Shown: positions 44,031-54,375, numbered from the stretch's first letter. The stretch: 64,000 nt of DNA from Terriglobia bacterium (GCA_963748015.1 CAVVHE010000008.1:96001-160000); one strand, 5' to 3'. Numbers and translations are program-made. Notes: generated by a model not told the origin, from the letters alone.

Positions 44031-44948
44031 ATGACCCCACGCGTGAAAGAGATCCTGTCCTGGTACGAGAGCGACAACCCGGGTGTCCGGACGAACCTCG
44101 CCCGCATGCTCAATCACGGGACCCTGGCGGGGACCGGGCGGTTCGTGATCCTGCCGGTGGACCAGGGGTTCGAGCACGGGCCGGCGCGCTCGTTCGCGCC
44201 GAACCCGCCCGGATACGACCCGCATTACCACTTCCAGCTGGCGATCGACGCGGGTTGCAACGCGTACGCCGCGCCGCTCGGGTTCCTCGAGGCGGGGGCC
44301 GCCACGTTCGCCGGCGAGGTCCCGCTGATCCTGAAGGTCAACAGCCACGAGTCGCTGCTCTCCGACAAGGACCCGATCTCGGTGCAGACCGGCAGCGTCG
44401 GCGACGCGCTCCGGCTCGGCTGCTGCGCCATCGGCTACACGGTCTACCCGGGCTCGAATCTCGCCGGCGAGATGTACGAGCAGATCCGCGACCTTGCCGA
44501 GGAGGCCAAGGCCGCCGGGCTCGCCGTCGTGATCTGGTCGTACCCTCGCGGGTCGAGCCTCTCGAAGGACGGCGAGACGGCGATGGACGTCGCGGCCTAC
44601 GCCGCGCAGATCGCGGCGCAGCTCGGCGCGCACATCATCAAGGTGAAGCTCCCCACGGCGCACCTCGAGCAGGACGCGGCGCGGAAGGTCTACGAGAAGG
44701 AGAAGGTCGCGATCGGGACGCTCACGGAGCGGGTCCGGCACGTCGTCCAGGCTGCGTTCGCGGGAAGGCGGATCGTGATCTTCTCGGGCGGCGCCAAGAC
44801 GGCCGACGCCGAGCTGCTCGAGCAGGCGAAGGCGATCAAGGACGGGGGCGGGTTCGGGTCGATCATGGGGCGCAACGCGTTCCAGCGCCCGAAGGCCGAC
44901 GCGGTCAAGCTGCTCCACTCGATCATGGACATCTACAAGAGCTCCTAG
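44031..44948 (+). CDS. fbaB: Class I fructose-bisphosphate aldolase
   Basis: ILPVDQGFEHGP, WSYPRG, AHIIKVK, GRNAFQR. Confidence 0.93.
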   Translation: MTPRVKEILSWYESDNPGVRTNLARMLNHGTLAGTGRFVILPVDQGFEHGPARSFAPNPPGYDPHYHFQLAIDAGCNAYAAPLGFLEAGAATFAGEVPLILKVNSHESLLSDKDPISVQTGSVGDALRLGCCAIGYTVYPGSNLAGEMYEQIRDLAEEAKAAGLAVVIWSYPRGSSLSKDGETAMDVAAYAAQIAAQLGAHIIKVKLPTAHLEQDAARKVYEKEKVAIGTLTERVRHVVQAAFAGRRIVIFSGGAKTADAELLEQAKAIKDGGGFGSIMGRNAFQRPKADAVKLLHSIMDIYKSS

Positions 44949-44961
44949 GAGCACGCGGCAG

Positions 44962-45038
44962 CGCGCGCCCTCGGCAGGACGTGTCCGCGCCACCCCGAAA
45001 AAGGGGTGTCTGCGGACACGTCCTGCCGAGGGCGCGCG
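44962..45038. terminator. Long hairpin between convergent genes
   Basis: 27-bp perfect inverted repeat plus inner CACCCC-GAAAAA-GGGGTG. Confidence 0.6.
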
Positions 45039-45084
45039 AGTCGAGCCCGGGCGCGGACAGGTGGTGCCGCGGGCTGGGAGCGCG

Positions 45085-46308
45085 TCAGGCGGCGACGCGG
45101 CTCTCGGAGCAGCGGCCGCTCCACTCGAGGGCCTCGAGGTACAGGCCGGGGCAGAGCGCCTCGGCCACGCCCGCTTCCGCGGCGCGGGCCGCGAACTCGT
45201 CCCAGTTCCCCCGCTCGTAGGCGAGCACGGCGGCGTAGAGCGCGGCGAGGGGGCTCGGTTTGCCGAGGAGCGCCGCCGCGGCGTCGTCCGAGAGGGGCAG
45301 GTCGGCGAGCAGCGAGGGGAGCGGCCGGTCGAGGACGGCGTCCATCAGCGAGAGCATACCGATGAGGAACAGCTCCTCCGCGCGGTGCGAGAGGCCGGCG
45401 AGAGGCGCCAGTAGCTCGCAGAACCGCCCCCGCGACAGCGCCTGCACCAGCAGCTCCTGGGGCTTGTCCTCGGACATGCCGGCGACCGCGACCAGGGTGA
45501 CCCAGCGACGAACCTCGCGCTCGCCGAGGAGGACGAGCGCCCGCCGGATCGAGCCGATGCGATCGCGCCAGCCGAACCAGGCCGAGTTGATGTAGCGGAG
45601 GAACTTGTAGCAGAGCCCCACGTCCTGCTTGAGGATGCGCTCGATCTTGATGAAGTCGAGGTCCGGCCGGTGGATCTCCTGCAGGATGCGGAACATCTGG
45701 AGCTTCTGGCCGGGGATGTCCTTCGCGGTGAGGATTGCCGGCCGCGCGAAGAAATACCCCTGGAAGTAGGCGTAGCCGGCCCGGGTCGCCTCCTCGAACA
45801 TCTCGCGGGTCTCGACCCTCTCGGCGACCATCCCGACGCCGCGCGGCGCCAGCCGCCGGGCGATCGCCGCGCGCGAGGCCTCGGGCGTCGAAAGAAAATC
45901 CACCTTCACGAAGTCGGCGATGGTGACCAGGGCCTCGTACTCGGGCCGGTCCGCGAAGTCGTCGAGGGCGAGATGGAACCCCGCGCTCTTGAGCCGGCGG
46001 CAGGCCTCGAGGACGTCGGGGTGGGGGGCCACCGTCTCCAGCAGCTCGATCACCGTGGTCGCCGGGGGCAGGACCGCCGGGTAGTCCTTCAGGAGCACGT
46101 CCTGGGTGACGTTGACGAAGGTCTGCTTCCCAGCGGCGATCGTCTCGATCCCGTGGAGGTGGAGGCTGTCGGCGATCACCTTCGTCGCGGCGGCGTCGAG
46201 GTCGGAGGCCAGGCAGGCGTTCTCGAAGCCGGAGCGGTAGAGGAGCTCGTAGCCGAAGACGTCCTGCTTGCGATCGAAGATCGGCTGCCTCGCGATGAAG
46301 ACGTCCAC
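45085..46308 (-). CDS. EAL + HDOD domain signalling protein (YuxH-like)
   Basis: FIARQPIFD, YELLYR, ALDDF, YFQGYFF, KFLRYINS. Confidence 0.9.
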   Translation of the reverse strand: MDVFIARQPIFDRKQDVFGYELLYRSGFENACLASDLDAAATKVIADSLHLHGIETIAAGKQTFVNVTQDVLLKDYPAVLPPATTVIELLETVAPHPDVLEACRRLKSAGFHLALDDFADRPEYEALVTIADFVKVDFLSTPEASRAAIARRLAPRGVGMVAERVETREMFEEATRAGYAYFQGYFFARPAILTAKDIPGQKLQMFRILQEIHRPDLDFIKIERILKQDVGLCYKFLRYINSAWFGWRDRIGSIRRALVLLGEREVRRWVTLVAVAGMSEDKPQELLVQALSRGRFCELLAPLAGLSHRAEELFLIGMLSLMDAVLDRPLPSLLADLPLSDDAAAALLGKPSPLAALYAAVLAYERGNWDEFAARAAEAGVAEALCPGLYLEALEWSGRCSESRVAA

Positions 46309-46376
46309 GCCACCCCCCACACGGAGCACGGAAACGGAATCTAGGGTCCGGCGGGGGGTCAGGGCAAGGACGGGGA

Positions 46377-47621
46377 TCAGTCCCCGCGGGTGGGCGCCGG
46401 GTCGCGCCAGGGGGCGATCCAGAAGAGAAGGATGAGGCCCGGGATGGCCGACACGACGCAGAAGACGAAGAAGCCCGTCCAGCCGAGCCCCTTGGCGAGG
46501 AAGCCGGTCGGGGCGGAGGCCAGCACGCGGGGAATCCCGGTGAGGCTGCTGAACAGGGCGAACTGAGTGGCCGTGAACCGCTTGTTGGTCTGGCTGGCCA
46601 TGTACGCGGAGTAGGCGCTCGCTCCCATGCCGAAGCTGAAATTCTCGAGGGTCACGGCGCCGGCGAGCATCCCGTGCACCTTGCCCGCCTGCGCCAGCGC
46701 CGCGAAGGGGAGCACCGACAGCGCCTGGAGAATCCCGAACGCCCACAGCGACCGGCGGATCCCGAGCTTGAGCATCACGATCCCGCCGACGAGCCCGCCG
46801 ACGATCATCGACCCCAGGCCGAACAGCTTCACGACGGCGGCCAGCTCGGTCTTGGTGAAGCCGAGCTCCAGCACGAACGGCGTTGTCATGGTGGAGGCCA
46901 TCTGGTCGCCGATCTTGTAGAGGACGATGAACGCGAGGATGAGCCAGGCTCCGCGCCGCCGGAAGAAGTCGACGAACGGCTCGACCACCGCCTCCTTGAG
47001 GGTCCGCGGCGGCGGGGCGTCGAGCACCGGCTCGCGGCACAGCAGGGTGGTCGCCACCCCCACCGCCATGAAGGCCGCCATGAGGAAGTACACCGCGCGC
47101 CACGGAATGAGGTCGGCCAGCGCCAGCGCCAGGGCGCCCGAGACCAGCATGGCCAGCCGGTAGCCGCTGACGAACACGGACGTGCCGAGGCCGAGCTCCG
47201 CCTCCTCGAGCGACTCTCGCCGGTAGGCGTCAAGGACGATGTCCTGGCTCGCGCTCGTGAACGTCACGCCGACCGCGAGGAGGGCGACGACCGCAGGGGA
47301 GGCGCCGGGGTTCGAAAATCCCAGGACGGCGATCGCGACGGCGAGCGCGACCTGAATCACCAGCATCCAGCCCCGCCTCCTCCCGAGGAACGGCGGGACG
47401 TAGCGGTCGAGCAGCGGCGACCAGAGGAACTTCAGCGTGTAAGGAAGGCCCACCAGGGTGAACAGCCCGATCGCGCCCAGGTCCACCCGCTCGTCCTTCA
47501 GCCAGGCCTGGAGGGTCGAGCCGGTCAGGAGCAGGGGGAGGCCGGACGAGAAGCCGGTCGTGAGCTGCACGAGCATCCGCCCGCTGAAAACCGAGCGCAT
47601 CACCGAGGGCTTCGTGGCCAT
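46377..47621 (-). CDS. ampG: Muropeptide MFS transporter
   Basis: GFSSGLP, LKFLWSPLLD, GRRRGW, SASQDIVLDAYR, TATQFALFSS. Confidence 0.93.
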   Translation of the reverse strand: MATKPSVMRSVFSGRMLVQLTTGFSSGLPLLLTGSTLQAWLKDERVDLGAIGLFTLVGLPYTLKFLWSPLLDRYVPPFLGRRRGWMLVIQVALAVAIAVLGFSNPGASPAVVALLAVGVTFTSASQDIVLDAYRRESLEEAELGLGTSVFVSGYRLAMLVSGALALALADLIPWRAVYFLMAAFMAVGVATTLLCREPVLDAPPPRTLKEAVVEPFVDFFRRRGAWLILAFIVLYKIGDQMASTMTTPFVLELGFTKTELAAVVKLFGLGSMIVGGLVGGIVMLKLGIRRSLWAFGILQALSVLPFAALAQAGKVHGMLAGAVTLENFSFGMGASAYSAYMASQTNKRFTATQFALFSSLTGIPRVLASAPTGFLAKGLGWTGFFVFCVVSAIPGLILLFWIAPWRDPAPTRGD

Positions 47622-47807
47622 GGTCGCACAAGCTACCACGTCTCCCTCTCCGCGGATGCAGGGCGCTCCCGGGGCCGCTGGCCTGCGCGCGGCAGCCTCG
47701 TGTAGTAACATCCGAAGCTGTACGCGGGAGAGCCTCCGCCCCGGAGTTCGGGATCGGGGGAGCCATTTCGACCTGGCGAGAAGTGCCGAGGGGGTAGGAG
47801 GTTACCG

Positions 47808-48866
47808 ATGGAGAAGCGTGTCCTGGGGATCGCCGCCGCAGCCTTGCTGGCGGCCTTCTCCGCCTTTCCCGTCCTGGCCCAGGAGGCCGTTGCCCCCGAG
47901 TACAAGTGGGTCAAGGGGGAGACGGCTCGCTACAAGATGACGATCGAAAAACACCAGATGGCATCGGGCGCGCAGCAGCTGGAGCTGACCCACAATCGCT
48001 GGTTCGTGTGGGCGCAGACGGTCACGGACGTCGCCGCCGACGGCACCGCGACCGTGGAAATGAAGTTCGAATCCGCCGGAGTGCGGCTCCAGATCCCTTC
48101 GGCGCAGCTAGATTTCACCTACGACCCCGCGAACCCCGACGACGAGAAGCGCAAGACCAGCGCGCTCGCCGTCCCGTACACGGGAATCGTCGGCGAGTCC
48201 CTCACCTACAAGGTGAGCAAGAAGGGGAAGATCCTCGCAGTGACAGGCTTCGACAAGCTGGGGCAGAAGGTCATCGACGGCGTGAAGGCGGCGCCGAAAG
48301 GAGCATCCTACGTTCTCCTCGCGCAGGACGCTCTCCAGGATCTGCTGGACATGCAGATGGAGGGAGTCTTTCGCCTGCTCCCGGAGAAGCCCGTCGTCCC
48401 GGGCACCCTCTACAAGAAAGCCAAGATTCGCGAGCCGAACCCGGCCGTCGGGAACCTCATCCTCCAGACCGATTACACGCTGGCCGGCCCCGAGGCCCTG
48501 AACGGCGACGACAGCTACAAGTTCACCTACATCACGACCAAGACGCCTGAATCGCCGGCTCCGGCGGCCGGTGGAGCCGCCGCGGCGGCCCCGCCCGCGG
48601 CCCCGGGCGGCGGAAAGCTGACCGAGGCGAAGGGTTCCGGCGAGTTCTTCCTGAGCAAGTCCAAGGGATGCGTGACGAAGAGCACCTTCGGGTTCGTCGA
48701 GACCGTCGAGACACCGGTCCCGGCGGCGCCGGATGCGGCTCCGGGTACGGCGCCGGGCAGCGTCTCGCAGCGGGACGAGTTCAAGGTCGCGGTCGAACTC
48801 GCTCCGGCCGGCGCGGCCCCCGCTCCGCCAGCAGCGGCGGCGCCCGCCGAGGGCCAACCGAAGTAA
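47808..48866 (+). CDS. Secreted hypothetical protein (DUF6263-like) with Pro/Ala-rich linkers
   Basis: AGGAGG RBS; signal peptide; YKWVKGETARY...GKILAVTG. Confidence 0.65.
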   Translation: MEKRVLGIAAAALLAAFSAFPVLAQEAVAPEYKWVKGETARYKMTIEKHQMASGAQQLELTHNRWFVWAQTVTDVAADGTATVEMKFESAGVRLQIPSAQLDFTYDPANPDDEKRKTSALAVPYTGIVGESLTYKVSKKGKILAVTGFDKLGQKVIDGVKAAPKGASYVLLAQDALQDLLDMQMEGVFRLLPEKPVVPGTLYKKAKIREPNPAVGNLILQTDYTLAGPEALNGDDSYKFTYITTKTPESPAPAAGGAAAAAPPAAPGGGKLTEAKGSGEFFLSKSKGCVTKSTFGFVETVETPVPAAPDAAPGTAPGSVSQRDEFKVAVELAPAGAAPAPPAAAAPAEGQPK

Positions 48867-48898
48867 CCGGCCTCGCGGCCACGAGTCGTTAGACGTTT

Positions 48899-48946
48899 CG
48901 AAGGGCCGGGAGCTCCGGGTGACCGGGGTCCCGGCCCTTCGCCTTT
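48899..48946 (+). terminator. Probable intrinsic terminator
   Basis: CGAAGGGCCGGGA...TCCCGGCCCTTCG followed by CCTTT, just after the stop codon. Confidence 0.55.
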
Positions 48947-48952
48947 CGCGGC

Positions 48953-49029
48953 CGCCCGTCCCCGGCGGAACGGGTTCGGAGCCGGCGCTTTTTCGGGCCG
49001 GCGAGAACCCGTTCCGCCGGGGACGGGCG
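48953..49029. repeat. 25-bp perfect inverted repeat
   Basis: CGCCCGTCCCCGGCGGAACGGGTTC / GAACCCGTTCCGCCGGGGACGGGCG. Confidence 0.8.
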
Positions 49030-49092
49030 TATTGCGAGGTTAGCGGCGCCAGAGACCGCCCAGGGCACCGCCGTTTCCGGCTAGAATTCCCC

Positions 49093-51024
49093 GTGCTCTT
49101 ACGGCGCATCCCGCACGTTCCCGCGATCGTCTTCCTGCTCGCGCTGTTCGTCGCGTGCGGGGCCTGGTCGGCCCTCCGCCTGTCCGCCACCTTCGACGAG
49201 ACGACGCACCTGCCGGCGGGCTTCACCTACCTCGACCGGCTGGATTTCCGTCACAACCCGGAGCACCCGCCCCTCGCCAAGATGTGGGCGGCGCTGCCCA
49301 TCTGGATCTCCGGGCGCGGGAAAGCGGACTACGCCTCGCCGAACTGGACCGGGACGCACGTTCCCGCCGCCGACCCGCTCCGTTCCCGCGCCGACCAGTG
49401 GAAGTTCGGGTACGAGTTCCTGAACGGGAGGATCGACGACCCGGTCCGCGGCGATCCGCGGCGCCTCCTGATGCCCGCCCGGATGGCGATGCTCGTTCCG
49501 GGACTCCTGCTCGGGCTGCTCGTGTACCTGCTGGCGCGGGACGTTTGGGGCAGGAACGCGGGCCTGGTCGCGCTCTTCCTGTACGCGATCTCGCCGGCGG
49601 CGCTGGCGCACGCGGGGCTCGTGACGACCGATCTCCCCTCGGCGGCGGGGTACGCGGCGACCGCCTGGTGCTTCCTCCGCTTCACGCGGTCGCCCGGGTG
49701 GAAGTGGGCCGCGGCGACCGGCCTCGCAGTCGGGGCGTCCCTCCTGACGAAATACAACGCGATCCTGCTCGGGCCGATTCTCGTACTGATGGCCGGAGCC
49801 TGGGTCGCCGAGGGGTCGCTGACCGGCGAGCGGCTCGGCCTTCGCCGCTGGCGCACGGCCGCGGCGGGGCTCGTCGCGGTGTTCGTGGTCGCGTTCGCCG
49901 TTCTCTGGGCGGGGTACGGTTTCCGGTACTCGGCGGTCGCCGACCCCGGCTACCGCCTGGAGTGGGAGATTCTCGGCAAGGCCAAGGGGCCGGCGGCGCC
50001 GGCGATCGCCTGGGCGAAGGACGCGAGGATCCTGCCGGAGGCCTGGCTCTTCGGTCTCACCTACACGCAGGGCGGCGCGTCCGCAAGGCTCGCCTACCTC
50101 AATGGCGAGACGTCGGTCACGGGATGGTGGTACTACTTCCCCGAGGCGTTCCTTCTCAAGACGCCGCCCGCGTTCGTCCTCCTGCTGCTCTGGGTCCTGG
50201 CGACGGCGGTCGCCCGGACGCGCGGCCGGTCGCTCGACGGGTGGCTGCTCGCGATCCCGCCGCTCGTTTACGTCGCCGTATCCATGGCGGGGAACCTGAA
50301 CATCGGGCACAGGCACCTCGTTCCCGTCTACCCATTCCTGTTCGCCGCCGCGGGAGGGGCGGCCGGGTTCCTCGATGGGACGCGGGTGCGCAGGGGGGCG
50401 GCGGCGGCGCTCCTCGCGGGGTGCGCGCTCTCGTTCGGTCTCGCGACGCCGCGCTACCTGTCCTACTTCAACCTGTTCGCGGGCGGGCCACGCGGCGGCT
50501 GGCGCTATCTCGCGGATTCGAACATCGACTGGGGGCAGGACCTGCCGGCGCTCAAGACCTGGGTGGACGCGAACGGCGGGAAGCCGGTGTACCTCGCCTA
50601 CTTCGGCACCGCCGATCCCAAAGCGTACGGGATCCCGTTCCGGAAGGTCCTCCGCGTGCACGACTTCGAGCCCGCGGAACCCACCGTGAGGCCCGGCGGC
50701 GGGGACGTGCTCGCGGTGAGCGTCACGCTCCTCGCGGGGGTGTACATCGAGGTGGACCGCGAGGTTGCCGACGAGGTGAGGCGGCGGGGCCTGGCCTCCG
50801 ACCTCAGGCTCAGGGACTGGATCGCGCTCCGGGACGCCCGGATCGCCCGCGGCGAGCGTTTCCCGTCGCTCGCGGAGTGGCTGGTCGCCTCCGGGATCCT
50901 CACCGGGGGCCAGCGCCGCGAGGTCGAATCCGGCCTGCTGTCCACCTGGATGCGCGGCGTCCGCGAGACGCTCACCCCCATCGGCCGCGCCGGCGATTCG
51001 ATTCTGATCTACAGGATCCCCTGA
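49093..51024 (+). CDS. GT-C (family 39/ArnT-like) membrane glycosyltransferase
   Basis: ATFDETTH, NPEHPPLAK, LVTTD, GHRHL, DSNIDWGQDL. Confidence 0.85.
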   Translation: MLLRRIPHVPAIVFLLALFVACGAWSALRLSATFDETTHLPAGFTYLDRLDFRHNPEHPPLAKMWAALPIWISGRGKADYASPNWTGTHVPAADPLRSRADQWKFGYEFLNGRIDDPVRGDPRRLLMPARMAMLVPGLLLGLLVYLLARDVWGRNAGLVALFLYAISPAALAHAGLVTTDLPSAAGYAATAWCFLRFTRSPGWKWAAATGLAVGASLLTKYNAILLGPILVLMAGAWVAEGSLTGERLGLRRWRTAAAGLVAVFVVAFAVLWAGYGFRYSAVADPGYRLEWEILGKAKGPAAPAIAWAKDARILPEAWLFGLTYTQGGASARLAYLNGETSVTGWWYYFPEAFLLKTPPAFVLLLLWVLATAVARTRGRSLDGWLLAIPPLVYVAVSMAGNLNIGHRHLVPVYPFLFAAAGGAAGFLDGTRVRRGAAAALLAGCALSFGLATPRYLSYFNLFAGGPRGGWRYLADSNIDWGQDLPALKTWVDANGGKPVYLAYFGTADPKAYGIPFRKVLRVHDFEPAEPTVRPGGGDVLAVSVTLLAGVYIEVDREVADEVRRRGLASDLRLRDWIALRDARIARGERFPSLAEWLVASGILTGGQRREVESGLLSTWMRGVRETLTPIGRAGDSILIYRIP

Positions 51025-51050
51025 AAAACGGAGCAAAACCCAACGCGGGA

Positions 51051-51080
51051 TTGACAATCGCCCTCCCGCCTCCGCACAAT
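51051..51080 (+). promoter_or_regulatory. Candidate sigma70 promoter
   Basis: TTGACA-N18-CACAAT. Confidence 0.55.
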
Positions 51081-51102
51081 CGGCAGCGGAGGGCGAAGCG
51101 CC

Positions 51103-52080
51103 ATGCACATCGCCTACGTCGCCCCGCTCGAGCGAGCCTGGAGCCGGATGAAGGTCATCCTGTTCCACCCCTTCGAGCTCGAGACCTGGATCGTCCTGGG
51201 GTTCGCGTCGTTTCTCGCCGCGCTCGGCGAAGGCGGGGGAAGCTGGGCGAACGGCTATCGCTACACGCTCGACAAGCAGGAGACGGGCGTGGAGGGCCTG
51301 CAGGAGGGGTTCCGCCGGGTGATTGAGGTGTTCGGCAACCCCGTGTGGGTCGTCCTGATCCTCTTCGCGTTCCTCATCGTGCTCGCGCTCGTCGTGCTGT
51401 TCCTGTGGCTCAGCTCGCGCGCGAAGTTCGTCTTTCTCGACGACGTGCTCCATGACCGCGCCGCGATCGTCGAGCCGTGGAAGCGCTTCCAGCGCCTCGG
51501 CGACTCGCTGTTCCTGTGGCACCTCGCGTACTCGGCCATCTGTTTTCTGCTGATCCTGATCCTCGTCGTGCCGCTGGCCGTGGTGGTCTGGAACGGCATG
51601 GAGGGGGGATGGCTCGCCGCGCGGATCCTCTCTCTCATGGGACTGGCGCTGCTCGTTTCGCTCGTCGCGGTCGCCATGGTCTTCGTCAAGATGCTGCTGA
51701 ACAACTTCGTCGTCCCGATCATGTACCGGGACGACCTCAACGCAACCGCGGCGTGGGGGCGATTCCTCTCTCTCTTCCGCGGCCACTTCCTCAGGTTCGT
51801 GCTGTACGGGCTGTTCCTGTTCGTGCTCGCGATCGCGGTCGGGGCGGTGATCATCGTCGCGGGGTGCGCGACCCTCTGCTGCGGCTTCATCCTGCTGGCG
51901 ATCCCGTACCTCGGCTCGGTGCTGCTCCTGCCCATCACGGTCACCTACCGCGCCTACGGCCCCGAGTTCCTCGCGCAGTTCGGACCCGACTGGTCGGTGC
52001 TCCCGGCGCCTCCGTCCCCGGCGCCCGCCCCCGATCCGCCGCCGGGACCGTTGCCGCCCCCGCCCGAGCCACTCGCCTGA
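51103..52080 (+). CDS. Hypothetical polytopic membrane protein with Pro-rich tail
   Basis: GGAGG RBS; multiple TM segments. Confidence 0.8.
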   Translation: MHIAYVAPLERAWSRMKVILFHPFELETWIVLGFASFLAALGEGGGSWANGYRYTLDKQETGVEGLQEGFRRVIEVFGNPVWVVLILFAFLIVLALVVLFLWLSSRAKFVFLDDVLHDRAAIVEPWKRFQRLGDSLFLWHLAYSAICFLLILILVVPLAVVVWNGMEGGWLAARILSLMGLALLVSLVAVAMVFVKMLLNNFVVPIMYRDDLNATAAWGRFLSLFRGHFLRFVLYGLFLFVLAIAVGAVIIVAGCATLCCGFILLAIPYLGSVLLLPITVTYRAYGPEFLAQFGPDWSVLPAPPSPAPAPDPPPGPLPPPPEPLA

Positions 52081-52087
52081 CGTACCT

Positions 52088-52279
52088 CGCGACGCTCGGC
52101 CGGGCACGGACGTGCGGCGACAATGCCCGAGGCGACGGGGACCCCTGCACGGCCGCGCGAAGGGTCGAGCGCGATGGCGATAGGGTCTTCGCCATCGCGC
52201 TTGCTCGACCCTTCGTGCGGCCGATGCGGGTCGTCGCCGAGGGAGGTCGCCGCACGTCCGTGCCCGGCCGAGCGTCGCG
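52088..52279. repeat. 192-nt rod-like hairpin between convergent genes
   Basis: 34-bp perfect outer inverted repeat (52088-52121 / 52246-52279) plus nested inner stems. Confidence 0.85.
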
Positions 52280-52302
52280 CCTCCGCGCTAGCGACCCGGC
52301 AC

Positions 52303-54375
52303 CTACTTCAGCCAACGATCGAGCCAGGCGAACACCTCGGTCCACCAGAGGCGCGACGCCTGCGGCTTGACGACACCGTGGCCTTCGTCGGGGAAGATCA
52401 CGATCCGCGACGGCACGCCCTTCGCGGTCAGGACGCCGTGCAGGTTGATCCCCTGCGACACCGGGACGCGGTAGTCCTTCTCGCCGTGGAGGATCAGGGT
52501 GGGGGTCTTGAACGCCGCCGCGTAGCGGCTCGGAGACCACAGGTCGATGCGCGCCGGGTCCTCCCAGGGGTTGGCGCCGTAGTTCGTGGGCCGGCCCCAC
52601 GTGCCGTCCGACGCGAACTGGGCCATCAGGTCGTAAACCCCCGCGTGGTCCACGAGCGCCTTGAACCGGTCGGTGTGGCCGAGGATCCAGCAGACGAGAT
52701 AGCCGCCGTAGGAGCCTCCCGTCGCCGCCATCCGCTTGTCGTCCACGTACCCCTTGGCCAGCAGGTAGTCGGTCGCCTTCATGATGTCGGTGAACGGCTT
52801 GTCGCCGTGGCTCCCGACGATGGACTCCGCGAACGCCTGCCCCGACCCGGTCGAGCCGTGGAAGTTGACGAGGGCCACGACGTATCCCCTCGAGGCCATC
52901 AGGGCGGCGTTCCAGCGGTAATGGAAAGAGTCGAGCCACGCGCCATGCGGGCCGCCGTGGATCATGTGCACGAGCGGCCATTTCCGCGCGGTGTCGAAGC
53001 CGGGCGGGAGCACCACGAACATCTGCACCGACTCGCCCGCCGCCCCCTGGAACTCGACGTCCTCGACGCGGCCGAGATCGAGCGCCTTGAGGCGGACGTC
53101 GTTGAAGGACGTCAGGTGCCGGGGCGCGCCGCCGTCCCTCGCCGCGAACAGCTCGGGAGGACGCTGCAGCGACTGCATGGTGAAGACGAGCAGCCCCCCC
53201 GGGCCCGCGGCCACGCCTCCCGTCGTTCCACCCTGCACGAGCGCCTTCGGGGTGCCTCCCTCGACCGGTACCGCGTAGAGGTGGACCTCGCCGTGGTCCT
53301 CCGCGTGGAAGAGGACCGTCTTGCCGTCCGGCGCGAAGGTCCAGTCGGACGGCGCGCCGTCCCAGTCGGCGGCGAACGGCTCCGACGTCCCGCTCTTCCG
53401 GTCGTATCGGGCGAGGCGGGTGAAGTCGGGATCGAGCTCGACCCGGCGGTTCCGCCCGTAAACGACGAAGCGGCCGTCGGGCGAGTAGCGCGGTCGGGTG
53501 TCGTCGGCGGGGTTCGCGGCCGTGATGTCCTTCGGCTTGCCGCCCGACACGGGGACGACGAACACGTCGGTGTTCCACTCCCGGTAAGGGGGATCGCTGG
53601 CGTTGGCGGTGAAGGCGATCTCGGTTCCGTCGGGTGCGATGTCCCACCCGCCGGGGGAATCGAGGCCCATCGGGCGCGTCCAGCCCGGGAGGAGGTCCTT
53701 GACCTTCCGAGTCTCGAGGTCCACCACGAAGACGTGCTGGACCCGGCCGTCGGTCATGTAGCGATCCCAGTACCGCAGCAGGCGGCTCTCGGTCACGTAC
53801 GCCTTGACCTTGTCCTTCTCCCGCTCCTCGCTCCGCTTCTTCTGCGCGTCGAAATCGTCGTTCACGTCCGGCCAGGTGGAGGCGAGAAACGCGATGCGCT
53901 TCCCGTCGGGCAGCCACTTGGGGTCCTCCACGGCGGCCGGCAGGTCGGTGATCCGTTCGGCCTCCCCCCCGTCCACGGGGAGGACGTAGAGCTGCGCCTG
54001 GTCCTCCGTCCGCTTCGAAACGAACGCGATACGCCTGCCGTCCGGGCTGAAGACGGGCGACGAGTCTCCGCCCTCCTGCCAGGTCAGCCGCCTCGGCGGC
54101 GCGCTCCCGTCCGAGGGGACGATCCAGATGTCGCTGTTCCCCTTGTTCTTCTCGAGCGACTGCACGGTGACGGGAAACGCGACGAGACGGCCGTCCGGCG
54201 ACAGCGCGGGGCGGCCGACCTGGTCGAAGCTCCACAGATCCTCGATCGTCATCGGCCGCTTCGCGGCGGGAGGCTCCGCGGAGAGGGCGACGGAGGCACC
54301 TAGGCCGAGCAGTGTCGAGACGGCGACTGCAGCGAGGAAGGCGAGCAACAACGCGGCCGGACGACGAGACGTCAT
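52303..54375 (-). CDS. S9 family peptidase (dipeptidyl/acylaminoacyl peptidase)
   Basis: Signal peptide; SPDG propeller repeats; GGSYGG, KDYRV and EGHG catalytic triad. Confidence 0.93.
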   Translation of the reverse strand: MTSRRPAALLLAFLAAVAVSTLLGLGASVALSAEPPAAKRPMTIEDLWSFDQVGRPALSPDGRLVAFPVTVQSLEKNKGNSDIWIVPSDGSAPPRRLTWQEGGDSSPVFSPDGRRIAFVSKRTEDQAQLYVLPVDGGEAERITDLPAAVEDPKWLPDGKRIAFLASTWPDVNDDFDAQKKRSEEREKDKVKAYVTESRLLRYWDRYMTDGRVQHVFVVDLETRKVKDLLPGWTRPMGLDSPGGWDIAPDGTEIAFTANASDPPYREWNTDVFVVPVSGGKPKDITAANPADDTRPRYSPDGRFVVYGRNRRVELDPDFTRLARYDRKSGTSEPFAADWDGAPSDWTFAPDGKTVLFHAEDHGEVHLYAVPVEGGTPKALVQGGTTGGVAAGPGGLLVFTMQSLQRPPELFAARDGGAPRHLTSFNDVRLKALDLGRVEDVEFQGAAGESVQMFVVLPPGFDTARKWPLVHMIHGGPHGAWLDSFHYRWNAALMASRGYVVALVNFHGSTGSGQAFAESIVGSHGDKPFTDIMKATDYLLAKGYVDDKRMAATGGSYGGYLVCWILGHTDRFKALVDHAGVYDLMAQFASDGTWGRPTNYGANPWEDPARIDLWSPSRYAAAFKTPTLILHGEKDYRVPVSQGINLHGVLTAKGVPSRIVIFPDEGHGVVKPQASRLWWTEVFAWLDRWLK

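Noticed and set aside
52088..52279. Integron attC sites (this and other long hairpins)
   Set aside because: No RYYYAAC...GTTRRRY boundaries, no integrase, and the flanking genes are not co-oriented cassettes.
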